Shown: positions 50,235-61,667, numbered from the stretch's first letter. The stretch is DNA of 64,000 nucleotides from Marinicella sp. (GCA_965230295.1 OZ246001.1:320001-384000), one strand, 5' to 3'. Notes: generated from the sequence alone by a model not told the origin. Numbers and translations are program-made.

Positions 50235-51398
50235 ATGAATTTTCATGAATACCAGGCCAAAGAACTGTTTGCCAAATACAACATACCCATCCCCAATGGT
50301 GAGGTGGCAAGAACGGCTGAAGAAGCCGTTGCAGCCGCTAAATCCTTGGACTGTGACATGTGGGTGGTCAAAGCCCAGGTGCATGCTGGCGGACGCGGCA
50401 AAGCCGGTGGTGTAAAGCTGGCAAAAACCTTGGATGAAGTTAAACAATATGCCAACGACATGCTTGGCATGAAAATTCAAACGTACCAAACAGGTGGCTT
50501 GGCATTACCGGTGAATGAAGTATTGATCACTGAAGCTGCAGACATTGAACAAGAAATTTATCTGAGTTTGTTGGTAGATCGAGCCAATAAATGCCTGTCA
50601 TTTGTGGCCTCTGCAGAAGGCGGTGTCGAAATTGAGGAAGTGGCCAGAACCAATCCTGAGAAAATCCACACCATTCAGGTCGACAACACCGAAGGCCTGT
50701 TCCCTTACGCCTGCCGTAAAGCTGGATTTGCTATGGGCTTGAACAGCAAGCAAGTCAGACAACTGACTCACATCATGATGCAAATGTACAAGATGTTCCT
50801 TGACTTGGACTTGTCATTAATTGAAGTTAATCCGTTGATTATTGATGACAATCAAGATGTCATTGCGTTGGATGCAAAGATCAATTCCGATGACAATGCA
50901 GATTTCAGACACAAAGACCTGGCTGATTTACGCGACATCACTCAAGAAGACCCTGCCGAAGCCAAAGCCCATCAACATGACCTTAATTACATCAAATTAG
51001 ATGGCAACATTGCATGTATGGTGAATGGAGCCGGTTTGGCCATGGCAACCATGGATGTGATTAAATTAAAAGGTGGCGAACCTGCTAACTTTTTAGATGT
51101 GGGTGGTGGCGCCACTGCAGAGCGTGTGGCCATCGCTTTCAAAATCATCTTGTCAGATCCCAACGTGAAATCAATTCTGGTCAACATTTTTGGTGGCATT
51201 GTCCGCTGCGACCTGATTGCTGACGGCATCATTGCAGCCATCAAGGAAGTCGGTGTTGAAGTACCCATCGTGGTTAGACTTGAAGGCACCAATGTCAACG
51301 AAGGCAAGAGAATTTTAGACGAAAGTGGTTTGGCTGTTATCTCAGCTGATAATTTAGACGATGCTGCCAACAAAGCAGTGGCTGCAGTAGGAGCATAA
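50235..51398 (+). CDS. sucC: Succinyl-CoA synthetase beta subunit
   Basis: [43 protein letters not shown]. Confidence 0.98.
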   Translation: MNFHEYQAKELFAKYNIPIPNGEVARTAEEAVAAAKSLDCDMWVVKAQVHAGGRGKAGGVKLAKTLDEVKQYANDMLGMKIQTYQTGGLALPVNEVLITEAADIEQEIYLSLLVDRANKCLSFVASAEGGVEIEEVARTNPEKIHTIQVDNTEGLFPYACRKAGFAMGLNSKQVRQLTHIMMQMYKMFLDLDLSLIEVNPLIIDDNQDVIALDAKINSDDNADFRHKDLADLRDITQEDPAEAKAHQHDLNYIKLDGNIACMVNGAGLAMATMDVIKLKGGEPANFLDVGGGATAERVAIAFKIILSDPNVKSILVNIFGGIVRCDLIADGIIAAIKEVGVEVPIVVRLEGTNVNEGKRILDESGLAVISADNLDDAANKAVAAVGA

Positions 51399-51399
51399 C

Positions 51400-52269
51400 A
51401 TGAGTGTATTAGTTAACAAAGACACCCGTTTATTGGTACAAGGATTTACAGGGTCACAAGGCACATTCCACAGTGAACAAGCCATTGATTACGGCACCAA
51501 CCTGGTGGGTGGCGTTACCCCTGGGAAAGGCGGCAGTCAACATTTGAACAGACCTGTGTTCAACACGGTTGCCGACGGTGTTAATGAAGCAGGCGCGAAC
51601 GCTTCTGTGATTTTCGTACCACCACCATTTGCTGCAGATGCGATCTTGGAAGCGGTAGATGCCGGTATAAAATTGATTGTAACCATCACCGAAGGTATTC
51701 CTGTTTTAGATATGATGAAAGTCAGAACTGTATTGGATGCCAACCCTGACGTGGTCATGATTGGTCCCAATTGTCCTGGTATCATCACCCCGGGTGAATG
51801 TAAGATTGGCATCATGCCTGCTGCCATACATCAGCCAGGCCGCATTGGCATTGTTTCACGTTCAGGTACTTTGACCTATGAAGCGGTTCATCAAACCACG
51901 TCGGTCGGTTTGGGTCAGTCAACCTGTATAGGTATAGGCGGTGACCCCATTCAAGGCACCAACTTCATTGATTGCTTGAAATTATTCCAAAATGATGACC
52001 AAACAGATGGCATCATCATGGTGGGTGAAATCGGTGGTTCTGCAGAAGAAGAAGCCGCTGAATACATCAAAGCCAATGTCACCAAGCCAGTGGTTTCATA
52101 CATTGCTGGTGTAACCGCACCTGAAGGAAAGCGCATGGGTCATGCAGGTGCTATTGTTGCTGGAGGGAAAGGCACAGCTCAAGCCAAGTATGAAGCCTTG
52201 GAAGCCGCTGGTGTTAAAACCGTCAAATCTCCGACTTTCTTAGGTGAAAGCATCAAAGAAATGCTGTAA
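51400..52269 (+). CDS. sucD: Succinyl-CoA synthetase alpha subunit
   Basis: [31 protein letters not shown]. Confidence 0.98.
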   Translation: MSVLVNKDTRLLVQGFTGSQGTFHSEQAIDYGTNLVGGVTPGKGGSQHLNRPVFNTVADGVNEAGANASVIFVPPPFAADAILEAVDAGIKLIVTITEGIPVLDMMKVRTVLDANPDVVMIGPNCPGIITPGECKIGIMPAAIHQPGRIGIVSRSGTLTYEAVHQTTSVGLGQSTCIGIGGDPIQGTNFIDCLKLFQNDDQTDGIIMVGEIGGSAEEEAAEYIKANVTKPVVSYIAGVTAPEGKRMGHAGAIVAGGKGTAQAKYEALEAAGVKTVKSPTFLGESIKEML

Positions 52270-52321
52270 ACAGCGCCTGGATTGAGCACCATCACTGGAA
52301 TCAATTCCAGACCCTACGAGG

Positions 52322-52353
52322 AGCCAGCTGTTGATCAACAGCTGGCTTTTTTT
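52322..52353 (+). terminator. Rho-independent terminator after sucD
   Basis: Perfect palindrome AGCCAGCTGTTGATCAACAGCTGGCT followed by a T-run. Confidence 0.85.
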
Positions 52354-52424
52354 ATCCCTCACACTATGATGACGAAGGCAGTGCTTTGTGTTATATTGAT
52401 AGTAACTACAACTGGAGAATCAAT

Positions 52425-52865
52425 ATGGTAAAACCTCGCATCACTTTGGCCTGCTTGGCCTTATTGTTTTCTATTTCAGTTCTGGCTGAGCAGAAAGTAT
52501 CTCAAGGCGATTACGAATTGCACTACAACACTTTTCCATCAACTTTTTTATCAAAAGAAATTGCCAATGCCTATCAAATTGTTAGATCGAAAAACCGTGG
52601 GATCATCAGTATTTCTTTGCTAGACACCTCTAAAATACCTGCCATGGCCGTGGAAGGAGACATTGAAATTTCTGCCAAAAACCTCCTGAATCAGACCAAA
52701 GAGGTAAAATTGATAAAAATCACAGAGAAAAACCAAGCTGTCTATTATTTAGGCACCTTTGCTTTAAACAACCAGGAAGATGTTAATTTTTCTTTGACGG
52801 CAATTCCAACAGGCAGTGAAGAACGCATTGCTGCTAAATTTTCCAGGGAATTTTATACCGATTGA
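52425..52865 (+). CDS. Exported DUF4426-like protein
   Basis: GGAG RBS, signal peptide, YELHYNTFPSTFL..IA..Y.IVRS, AVYYL. Confidence 0.8.
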   Translation: MVKPRITLACLALLFSISVLAEQKVSQGDYELHYNTFPSTFLSKEIANAYQIVRSKNRGIISISLLDTSKIPAMAVEGDIEISAKNLLNQTKEVKLIKITEKNQAVYYLGTFALNNQEDVNFSLTAIPTGSEERIAAKFSREFYTD

Positions 52866-52869
52866 TCCC

Positions 52870-54342
52870 ATGAGATTGATTTTCACACTCACACTTCTGA
52901 TGGCACAAAATATGATTCAGGCCAATACCAGTATCACCATATACTCAGGCAAACAGCAAGGGCATTTAACCCCCAGTCAACTTCAAAACGCACACAACAT
53001 TCCTGGCTTTGCAGTGATTAAGCAGACCAGAAGCGCTCAATTTGAAAAAGGGCAATTCACTTTGGCATTTGATGATGTGGCAGAACACATCGATCCCACC
53101 ACCGTCAGCTTTAATACACCTGACAATCCCGACGCTGCTGTGGTCTTAGATCAAAATTTTCAATTTGATTTGGTGGGTACTGATAAACTGTTACAAAAAT
53201 ATCTGGATCAAATCATCACTGTCAACCACAGCCAGGGAGCCCAAAGTGTAAATACAACAGGTGTGCTTCTGAGCACTCAGGGTGGTGTTACGTTACAAAA
53301 TGAATCAGGCATCATCACCATCAATCAGTGGAACCACATTCAATTTCCAGAACTACCAGGCGGTTTGTTAACCAAGCCCACCCTCGTGTGGTTACTGGAG
53401 TCAACATCAGCCAAGAAAGAACTGATATCAATGAGTTACCAAACCCAAGGAATGACATGGTGGGCCGATTACAACATCACGCTGAAAGGCGATTCCAACG
53501 ACTGCGAGATGGATTTGTCTTCATGGGTTTCCATAGTCAATAAATCCGGTGCCAACTTCAGCGACACCCAACTGAAATTAATCGCTGGCGATGTCAACCG
53601 AGCTCCAAATAATAGCGGCCGCAATCAGTTTGCCAGAAAAGAGATGATGGCCGCCAGTGCTCAAGACTTTACCGAACAAGCTTTGTTTGAATACCATTTG
53701 TATAAACTACCCAGAAGTATTGACCTACCTAACAACTCCACCAAACAAATTCAACTTCTGAATCATGCCAACAACATCAAATGTGTCCGTACACTGGTCT
53801 TCAATGGCAGCGGCCAACAACGCATCAATTACCACAGACCTATCACGGATGCTGGGTATCTTCGGCATACCGAAGCCAAAGTTGAGGCATTTTTAGCTTT
53901 TAAGAACAGTCGTGATAATCAACTGGGAATCGCCTTACCTGCTGGTCGTGTAAGGGTTAATATGGTGGACCCAACTGATGGCAGTTTAGAATTCATCGGT
54001 GAAGACAGCATTGACCACACACCTAAGAATGATTCGATCAATTTAAAATTAGGGCATGCTTTTGATGTCAAAGGTACACGCATCCAAAGGAATTTCAAAC
54101 TGGTTCCAAACGGGGTGACTGAACACATCGAAATCACCATCAACAACCAAAAAGATCACACCCAACCAGTGACTGTCATAGAACCATTGTTCAGGTGGTC
54201 AAATTGGCAAATCACTGAGCACAATGAACCATTTGAAAAAATCGATGCATCAAGCATTAAGTTTATGATCAGCGTGCCTTCTGAAAGCAAAAAAACCATA
54301 CGCTATACAGTCCAATACAACTGGCCCTCAAATAAAAAGTAG
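52870..54342 (+). CDS. DUF4139-family exported protein
   Basis: LDQNFQFDL, GLLTKPTLVW, WWADY, FEYHLY, LPAGRVR, FIGEDSIDHTP. Confidence 0.85.
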   Translation: MRLIFTLTLLMAQNMIQANTSITIYSGKQQGHLTPSQLQNAHNIPGFAVIKQTRSAQFEKGQFTLAFDDVAEHIDPTTVSFNTPDNPDAAVVLDQNFQFDLVGTDKLLQKYLDQIITVNHSQGAQSVNTTGVLLSTQGGVTLQNESGIITINQWNHIQFPELPGGLLTKPTLVWLLESTSAKKELISMSYQTQGMTWWADYNITLKGDSNDCEMDLSSWVSIVNKSGANFSDTQLKLIAGDVNRAPNNSGRNQFARKEMMAASAQDFTEQALFEYHLYKLPRSIDLPNNSTKQIQLLNHANNIKCVRTLVFNGSGQQRINYHRPITDAGYLRHTEAKVEAFLAFKNSRDNQLGIALPAGRVRVNMVDPTDGSLEFIGEDSIDHTPKNDSINLKLGHAFDVKGTRIQRNFKLVPNGVTEHIEITINNQKDHTQPVTVIEPLFRWSNWQITEHNEPFEKIDASSIKFMISVPSESKKTIRYTVQYNWPSNKK

Positions 54343-54411
54343 CTCTAAAAAATCATCAGAATTTATTGTAATTTGCCTGTCGGAACCCTATTCTTACATG
54401 ATGGTTCTGGA

Positions 54412-54454
54412 TGTGAACACATTCACAATTTAATGTACATTCCAGTGCTATAGT
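54412..54454 (+). promoter_or_regulatory. Candidate class II CRP-type promoter of the DUF1631 gene
   Basis: Perfect TGTGA-N6-TCACA (54412-54427) and extended -10 TGcTATAGT (54446-54454). Confidence 0.7.
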
Positions 54455-54481
54455 CAGCAATAACATGACTGGCCTATTATC

Positions 54482-56800
54482 ATGACAACCAATAAAAACG
54501 ATAAAAACGTAGTAAACATAAAAACAGAATCACCTGAGAACATCAACCAGGGCGTCATTCTCCCACAAATACATAAATTGTTTATCAAAGGATTGAAACC
54601 AACCATTCGTGAATATTATGACAAGTTAGACGATTCATTGTTTGATTTAGCCGAAAAAGCTCAAAACAACGAAAAACAGACTCATTTCTTCGAAGCCATG
54701 CGTGAAGTACGTAAGAAAAAGGAGCTGATGGTTAGAAAGTTTTCAGAAAATGTGCAGCATGCATTTAAACGCTTTAAACAAGGGAAATTCAATTATTTCG
54801 GCACAGAAGAAATCACTGAGGACACCTCCGCAGACGGTTTGTCTCTGGTTGATGAACATGAGTTGGATCAAAAACTGGCTGCCACTCAACTGACTGAAAA
54901 AGCCAACACCTACCTACATCAACATTTATTTGCACTGGAAAAACGATTCACTTTATTGGCTGGTGGCAGCGAAATTAAGGTTGATCAAATTCCTGTGTCA
55001 CCCGCAGTCATTGTGGGTTCTTTCGCCGCTACATTTGAACATTTGCACATCGATGACACCATCCATTTAATCATGCTTAAACTGTTTGAGAGAAGCCTGA
55101 TAAAAAATCTGGTGCAGCCATACATTGACATCAATCAAAAGCTCATTGAGTCCGGTATATTGCCAAACTTAAAGTTCAGGGTAAGCAGCCAAGGCTCACG
55201 AAGGCCGGCGTCTAACTATGTGCCTGGTGCGGCCACACCAGAAGGTGAAGAATTGGTCGAGCAGATGGTTCCTGTAGATCCCTTAACACAAAACACCGCC
55301 ATGGTGGCAGATGATCAATACCAGGCCATTGCTTCAGCCTTGCACCAAAGGCACTCTCAGGGACCAACTGTACCCAGCATGTCATTATTTGACGCATCCA
55401 TTGTCAACAATGCGCTGAATATACTTCAGGTAGAAGAGTTGAACAGCCTCAATTCAAGACAGGCTTCATTAAGCCCTACTGAAATCAAAAATGCATTACT
55501 CGCACGATTGAAAGACTTGGACAGCGAAGGGGAACAAAAACAAGTCAATCAACAAGATGAAGACACCATTGATCTGGTCGGTATGTTATTTCAGTTTCTG
55601 GTTGATGATCGAAACTTACCTGACAGGATCCAGGCTTTACTGGCAAAATTACAAATACCCTACTTGCACCTGGCCCTTAAGGACCGGAAATTGTTTTCCA
55701 ACAGAGAAAACAATGCCAGAAAATTGCTTGATATCATTGCCAAAGCATCAATTGGTTGGAGCGAAGCCGATGACAAAAAAGGCAAATTCATCAACAAAGT
55801 GGAAGAAATAGTCCAGAAAGTTTTGGAAACTGATCATGAGGAACTCGATTTTCCGGACTTGATCGAAGATTTTCAAGAATTCGATGCCAAGAACAGCAAA
55901 AGAAGCCAGGTCATTGAGAAACGCACCTCGGAAAAAGCACTGGGTCAAGAACGCATCATCAAAGCCAAAGATGAGACTGCAAAAATCCTAGAAGGCAAAA
56001 TGAAAAAGCATTCTTTGCCCAAAATGGTCACCGACATTTTACTCACCCCATGGGCCAATGTGCTCATCCTGGCCTATTTGCGGCATCAGGATGAACCTGA
56101 ACTGATAGAAAACTACACCAGATTTGTCGATAAATTGATCTTTGTCTCGGTCAAGAATAAGAAAAAAATGGCCACCAATGCACAAATCAGCCATGTCTGC
56201 GATCAACTGAGTAAAGGTTTGCGCTTGGTGGCTTTTGACGAATTCAGTATCAAAGAAAAAAGTCAGGACTTGTATCAATTGTTACTGAACATCAATGGCA
56301 TCGATAACAAACAAGAAGAAGTCGAACATGACTACGTTTTGCCACAAGAAGCATTCAATGTAGACGAATATGAATCTGCAGAAGAACAACCGGAAATAGT
56401 TCATTTCATCGCTGACAAGAAATTTAATAACTTAGACAAAGAAGTCGTTCATATAGATGACGCCTTTTACCAACAAGCCAAGAGTTTACAAACCGGTGAA
56501 TGGGTAGAATTTCTTGAAGAACAAGAAGAAGTGGAAAACCTCAGGGCCAAGTTATCCTGGGTTTCTCCGATCAGTCACAAACTGTTGTTTGTCAATGCAC
56601 GTGGAGTCAAAGTAACTGATAAAAGTTTGGATGAATTGGCCCAGGATCTACGAGAAAAATTAGCGGTGGTGTTACAACAAATCCCCTTGTTTGATCGAGC
56701 CATGTCAGCAATTGCTAAACAAGTGGTTAAAGAAGGTACCGACGGATCAAAAAACAATGATTCAACTGCTGAAAAATCTGCACCGGAAGCATCAGAATAA
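54482..56800 (+). CDS. DUF1631-family protein
   Basis: LFDLAEKA, LSLVDE.EL, DTIDLVGMLF, LQIP, GEWVEF..KLSWVSP..LFVNARG, PLFDRA. Confidence 0.88.
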   Translation: MTTNKNDKNVVNIKTESPENINQGVILPQIHKLFIKGLKPTIREYYDKLDDSLFDLAEKAQNNEKQTHFFEAMREVRKKKELMVRKFSENVQHAFKRFKQGKFNYFGTEEITEDTSADGLSLVDEHELDQKLAATQLTEKANTYLHQHLFALEKRFTLLAGGSEIKVDQIPVSPAVIVGSFAATFEHLHIDDTIHLIMLKLFERSLIKNLVQPYIDINQKLIESGILPNLKFRVSSQGSRRPASNYVPGAATPEGEELVEQMVPVDPLTQNTAMVADDQYQAIASALHQRHSQGPTVPSMSLFDASIVNNALNILQVEELNSLNSRQASLSPTEIKNALLARLKDLDSEGEQKQVNQQDEDTIDLVGMLFQFLVDDRNLPDRIQALLAKLQIPYLHLALKDRKLFSNRENNARKLLDIIAKASIGWSEADDKKGKFINKVEEIVQKVLETDHEELDFPDLIEDFQEFDAKNSKRSQVIEKRTSEKALGQERIIKAKDETAKILEGKMKKHSLPKMVTDILLTPWANVLILAYLRHQDEPELIENYTRFVDKLIFVSVKNKKKMATNAQISHVCDQLSKGLRLVAFDEFSIKEKSQDLYQLLLNINGIDNKQEEVEHDYVLPQEAFNVDEYESAEEQPEIVHFIADKKFNNLDKEVVHIDDAFYQQAKSLQTGEWVEFLEEQEEVENLRAKLSWVSPISHKLLFVNARGVKVTDKSLDELAQDLREKLAVVLQQIPLFDRAMSAIAKQVVKEGTDGSKNNDSTAEKSAPEASE

Positions 56801-56834
56801 CTGGGGAATTACCTGAGGATCAGTCCCTCACAGG

Positions 56835-57680
56835 TCAAAGGCTTGCTTCGTAGGTGTTTTGCATCAAGGTGGCCACCGTCATCGGGCCTATGCCACCTGG
56901 AACGGGGGTGATCCAACTGGCCCGTTCACTGGCTTTTGCGAAATCAACATCACCGCACAAACCGCCTGCTACTTTTCGATTGATTCCGATATCAATCACT
57001 ATGGCGCCTGGTTTGATCCAATTGGCATCAACGATGTTCGGATTACCTACAGCCACACAGAGCAAATCGGCTTGATTAACATGTTTTTCCAGTTCCTTGG
57101 TGAATCGATGGCATACGGTAACTGTGGCTCCGGCAAACAACATCTCTAACATCAGTGGCCTGCCAACAATGTTAGAAGCCCCAACGACCACACAATGCAT
57201 ACCCTTTGGGTCAATTCCATAATGGTGTAATAATGTCATCACGCCACGAGGTGTGCAAGGGCGCAAACCGGGTTGACGCAAAGCCAAATGCCCTACATTA
57301 CTGGCATGGAAACCATCAACATCTTTGATTGGATCGATGCGATTGGTTACTTCGGTTTCGTTGATGTGCTCAGGTAAAGGAAGCTGGACCAAAATTCCAT
57401 GAATATCCGGATCTGCATTCAGCTCATCAATCAAAGCATTCAAGGCTTTAGAAGAAGTTTGGCGGGGCAGTTGGTGGGTCACAGACCTGATGCCAGTCCG
57501 TTCACAGGCCTTGATTTTGTTATTGACATAGACGTGAGATGCCTCATCATTGCCAACCAATACCACCGCCAGTCCAGGTGCTTGATGACCATCATTGACA
57601 CGTTTGGTAATGGCTTCTGCCACTTTCTCCTGGATTAAACCTGATACTTTCTTGCCATCTAAAATTTGCGGTTCTGTCAT
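56835..57680 (-). CDS. folD: Methylenetetrahydrofolate dehydrogenase/cyclohydrolase
   Basis: [36 protein letters not shown]. Confidence 0.98.
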   Translation of the reverse strand: MTEPQILDGKKVSGLIQEKVAEAITKRVNDGHQAPGLAVVLVGNDEASHVYVNNKIKACERTGIRSVTHQLPRQTSSKALNALIDELNADPDIHGILVQLPLPEHINETEVTNRIDPIKDVDGFHASNVGHLALRQPGLRPCTPRGVMTLLHHYGIDPKGMHCVVVGASNIVGRPLMLEMLFAGATVTVCHRFTKELEKHVNQADLLCVAVGNPNIVDANWIKPGAIVIDIGINRKVAGGLCGDVDFAKASERASWITPVPGGIGPMTVATLMQNTYEASL

Positions 57681-57691
57681 CTCATCACCCG

Positions 57692-58753
57692 TTAATGTTC
57701 GCAGCTTTCACTTTTGTTGACGGGGTATTTTAACACTTTAAATCGATGGTTGAGTAAGTCATATGACAACATTTGGTGTTGCAATGATTGGCCCATTCCA
57801 GTCAAGTATTTAATCGCTTCGGTGGTTTGGATCAATGCCGCTACACCAGGTACAGAACCCAATATTCCCTCTTGAGAACAATTGGCAATGGCATCGGCAT
57901 CTAGATCCGGAAACAAACAACGGTAACAGGGCTCATCTTTGTGACCACTGAAAAAGGTTATTTGCACATCAAAACCCGTTACAGCTGCAAATATCCAAGG
58001 CTTATTCAGACGCAAACTGAAATCGTTGATCAAATAGCGGGTGTTGATGTTGTCAGATCCATCCAAAATCAAATCCACTTCAGCCATCAAGGCTTCGGCA
58101 TTATCTGCACTCAAGAATTCATCAATCACATTGATTTTAATTGCAGAGTTTAAATTTTCTAATCGACGTTTGGCTGATACAACTTTACTTTCACCAACAT
58201 CCGATTCTGTATATAAAATTTGTCGGTGTAAGTTATGTAATGCCACCGTGTCTTCATCAACCAAGGTCAAGGTACCCACACCACTGCCCGCTAAATACAA
58301 CAATGCCGGACTGCCTAAACCACCTGCCCCAACCACCAAAATGTGTGAATGCCTTAGTTTTTCTTGGGCCTTCAGCCCAAACCCATGCAGCTTCACCTGC
58401 CTGTCGTAGCGCCACATTTGTTCATCAAGCTCTGGCAGCTCAATGGGAAGATCCAATGCCAACCAGGCCTCAAAACCACCTGTCACAGAAACAAAGTTAT
58501 CAGCAACTGTTCTGTTCAATTCGGACGCCACCTGCAAAGAAGTCTGGCCACGGTAACAAAGGATAAAAACATGTTCATGGTCGTTAGCCAAATCAACTGA
58601 TTCAGCAATCAATTGTTCCCGATTCATGCATTTTGCGCCTTTGGGGACACCGGCTGACCAGTCACTTGATGACCTCAAATCCACCAAAACACCAGCCCCT
58701 GATTGGATCAATTTTAAGACTGAAACTGGGTCTTGGTTGCTGTTTACTGACAT
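57692..58753 (-). CDS. moeB: MoeB/ThiF-family adenylyltransferase with N-terminal rhodanese domain
   Basis: Rhodanese [14 protein letters not shown]; then [24 protein letters not shown]. Confidence 0.88.
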   Translation of the reverse strand: MSVNSNQDPVSVLKLIQSGAGVLVDLRSSSDWSAGVPKGAKCMNREQLIAESVDLANDHEHVFILCYRGQTSLQVASELNRTVADNFVSVTGGFEAWLALDLPIELPELDEQMWRYDRQVKLHGFGLKAQEKLRHSHILVVGAGGLGSPALLYLAGSGVGTLTLVDEDTVALHNLHRQILYTESDVGESKVVSAKRRLENLNSAIKINVIDEFLSADNAEALMAEVDLILDGSDNINTRYLINDFSLRLNKPWIFAAVTGFDVQITFFSGHKDEPCYRCLFPDLDADAIANCSQEGILGSVPGVAALIQTTEAIKYLTGMGQSLQHQMLSYDLLNHRFKVLKYPVNKSESCEH

Positions 58754-60030
58754 TTTCTGAAATCAGTAAAGGGCTGAATCACCACTGTGTCACCAGCAAA
58801 CAAGTCCTGTTGAGACTCATTCAAAACGATGAAGCAGTTGGCTTGTGACAATGACTCAATGCGACTGGATTGTTGGCCGCCGCACACAGACACTTGTAGG
58901 CTGCCTTGGTGGTCAACTTCAAACATACCGCGCATGTACTCGCGACGCAAATGTGATTTTTTGATGTCATGTGCCAACATGGCTCGCCAGCTGGTCAAAT
59001 GTGGTGCCTGTTGAGTCATAGATTGGATGGCTGGAAAAACGTACTGACACAGGGTCGTGTAGCTGGAAACAGGGTTACCCGGTAAACCGTAAAACAAGGA
59101 TTGTCCGAGTTCGCCGAATAACAGAGGAAAACCTGGTTTAATGCGCAATTTATGGAACACCACTGTTCCCTGTTGTGACAAGGCTTTGGGTATCCAATCC
59201 TTCTCGCCCATAGAAACACCTCCAACCGTAATGATGAAATGAAATGCTTCTTTTGCCAAGTCTTCAAGTCTTCGATTGACCGCTTTTTCTGAGTCTTCTA
59301 AGGTCTGAAACAAAGTCACTTGACAGCCCATTTCTTGCAACAAGTGACTTAACATCACCGAATTGCTGTCATAAATCTGTCCCGCAGCACAGGGGTTACC
59401 TGGCTGAACCAATTCATCACCTGTCATCATCAACGCAACCCTGGGCTTGGATAACACTTGTACTTCAGCAATACCAAGTGATGACAGCAACCCCAAACTG
59501 GCGACACACAAATCCTGATTGGCTTTGACCACTGTTTGACCCAGTTGCAAATCTGAACCTGAAGTACGTATGTATTCACCCTTCTTAGGCAATTTGTCAA
59601 AGTACAAGGATCCTTCCTTTACTTGCCCGTGTTCTTTGAGGACAATGCCATCAGCGTCGACTGGCAACAAGCCCCCTGTCATAATGGGTAAAGCCATTTC
59701 ATCACAACTCAACTGCCTTGATTGTTTGGCCGCATGGATCGGTTGGCCAATTTTAAGCACATACTCTGTTGGTCTTGAAGTATTTGCTGTATCAGTTTGG
59801 TTGGCCTGAATTTCAGACAAATTGATGGCATAACCATCCATGCTGCTACAGGCGGCAGAAGGCACATTGATGGGGGCGGTAATGGCTGTCGCAGTTGTTC
59901 TGCCAAAAGCATCTGCCAATGCAATGGTTTCATGCGTGCTTGTTAGTTTTTCTGCGTGCTGGATAATCAGCTTGATCGCCTGACTGTGATTCAGGGCCTG
60001 ATTACGATTGTTTGGTTTCACCGTTGTCAT
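58744..60030 (-). CDS. moeA: Molybdopterin molybdotransferase MoeA
   Basis: SMDGYA, IMTG, TGDEL, IYDSN, GGVSMG, GLPGNPVS. Confidence 0.95.
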   Translation of the reverse strand: MTTVKPNNRNQALNHSQAIKLIIQHAEKLTSTHETIALADAFGRTTATAITAPINVPSAACSSMDGYAINLSEIQANQTDTANTSRPTEYVLKIGQPIHAAKQSRQLSCDEMALPIMTGGLLPVDADGIVLKEHGQVKEGSLYFDKLPKKGEYIRTSGSDLQLGQTVVKANQDLCVASLGLLSSLGIAEVQVLSKPRVALMMTGDELVQPGNPCAAGQIYDSNSVMLSHLLQEMGCQVTLFQTLEDSEKAVNRRLEDLAKEAFHFIITVGGVSMGEKDWIPKALSQQGTVVFHKLRIKPGFPLLFGELGQSLFYGLPGNPVSSYTTLCQYVFPAIQSMTQQAPHLTSWRAMLAHDIKKSHLRREYMRGMFEVDHQGSLQVSVCGGQQSSRIESLSQANCFIVLNESQQDLFAGDTVVIQPFTDFRKCQ

Positions 60031-60074
60031 GGAATAATTTAAAAATGACCACAAAAAATGTGGAAGATGTCATT

Positions 60075-61478
60075 TTAACTGTTGTGTTTGTGTTTGGGTA
60101 AATTATGCGCTTTTTTTCTGCGTGAGGGGTACTGGTTGTCTGGATTTTTCTTATCTTTATAAGGGTTTTTACCATCTCTGAATTGCATGATGATTGGCAC
60201 ACCTTTCAGTTCAAATGCTTTCCTGAATGTATTTTCCAAATACCTTTTATAAGATTCTGGCAACTTGGTGGTTCGCTTACCATGAATGACTATTCGCATG
60301 GGGTGATTACCACCAGAATGGGCAAACTTCAACTGAGAACTTAAGCCTTGTACCAAGGGCGGCTGATGGGCTTTATAGGCTTCATTCAATACGTTGGTTA
60401 GTTGATTGGCAGACAATTCCTGATCGGCTTTATCCATCAACAAGTCAACCCGTTCCATCAACACCCGCAAACCTGATCCATGTAATGCCGAAATATACAA
60501 CAATGGCACCCACTCGAATGCTTGCATTTTCAGGTTGATTTTTTCTTTGACGTAATTGCGGTGGTCTTCACTTAAGTTATCCCATTTATTGATCACTAAA
60601 ATAACTGGCTTGGCATGGTATACAGCCAATCCTAACAAGTGTAAGTCCTGATCCGTAATGCCTTCTGTGGCATCCATCATCACCACACAAATTTGTGATA
60701 ACTTAATGGATTCAATGGTTTTAAGGATACTGAATTTTTCAATGCCCTCCCCAATTTTTGATCGTCGCCTGACACCGGCAGTATCAATCAAAGTGTATGG
60801 TAGATCGTCCCAAATCAAAGGCAAGGATATGCTGTCTCTGGTGGTGCCAGGCATGTCATATGCCAGCACCCTGTCTTCTCTGAGTAACCGATTGACCAAA
60901 GTCGACTTGCCGACATTGGGTCGGCCAATGATGGCAATTTTAGGACCATGATCTTCTATCACTTCTGCAGTGAACGCTGCTTCATTGGCTTTGAAAAAAT
61001 CATTCAAATAAAGTTTCAAATCACCCAAGCCTTTGCGGTGTGCTGAACTGACTGCCAAAAGGTCAACCACGCCCAATTGATAGAATTCTGCCAACGCCAT
61101 CTCATTGACCTGACCTTCGGCTTTGTTGGCCAAAAGTAAAATGGGTTTGGCTGCCATTCTTATACGCTCTAATATGCGTTCGTCATCACCCACCAATCCT
61201 TCTCTGGCACTGACCACAAACAGCACCAAATGTGCTTCTTCGATGGCCTGGATGATTTGTTGATCCATCAACTCTGTGAGCTCACCCTCATCACCCAACA
61301 TGCCGCCGGTATCAATCAGTGTGGTTTTGAAATCGGCCAACTCAAGTTCACCATATTGGCGGTCTCGGGTTAAACCTGGCATGTCTGCCACCAATGCATC
61401 ACGCGTATTGGTTAAAGCATTGAACAGTGTTGATTTACCAACATTCGGACGGCCAACTATGGCAATAACAGGTGTCAT
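60075..61478 (-). CDS. der: Ribosome biogenesis GTPase Der
   Basis: Two GRPNVGKSTL G-domains. Confidence 0.98.
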   Translation of the reverse strand: MTPVIAIVGRPNVGKSTLFNALTNTRDALVADMPGLTRDRQYGELELADFKTTLIDTGGMLGDEGELTELMDQQIIQAIEEAHLVLFVVSAREGLVGDDERILERIRMAAKPILLLANKAEGQVNEMALAEFYQLGVVDLLAVSSAHRKGLGDLKLYLNDFFKANEAAFTAEVIEDHGPKIAIIGRPNVGKSTLVNRLLREDRVLAYDMPGTTRDSISLPLIWDDLPYTLIDTAGVRRRSKIGEGIEKFSILKTIESIKLSQICVVMMDATEGITDQDLHLLGLAVYHAKPVILVINKWDNLSEDHRNYVKEKINLKMQAFEWVPLLYISALHGSGLRVLMERVDLLMDKADQELSANQLTNVLNEAYKAHQPPLVQGLSSQLKFAHSGGNHPMRIVIHGKRTTKLPESYKRYLENTFRKAFELKGVPIIMQFRDGKNPYKDKKNPDNQYPSRRKKAHNLPKHKHNS

Positions 61479-61522
61479 GTGGCCTCATCAATGGAAAGCA
61501 GCACAGCAGCTAGACCCGCCGA

Positions 61523-61660
61523 GTCGGTTGGCGAGCGAAGCGAGTCAGAGACGAAGAGCGTGAAATAGGGAGACATGCTCGCCGTGGTCGCTTTCATTTT
61601 AGTCGAGAACACTTCGGTTTCGCTCAGTACGAACAAAAATGAATGAAGACCCAAGAGCAT
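61523..61660. repeat. Structured intergenic element (REP/MITE-like hairpins) between bamB and der
   Basis: Nested inverted repeats ATGCTC/GAGCAT and TTCATTTT/AAAATGAA; contains GCGAGCGAAGCGAG and CTTCGGTTTCGCTCAGTACGAAC. Confidence 0.45.
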
Positions 61661-61667
61661 TCCTTAG

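Noticed and set aside
61475-61660. 61-aa ORF between bamB and der
   Set aside because: No recognisable protein features, and the region is better explained as a structured non-coding element. Not fully excluded, because its stop overlaps the der start.
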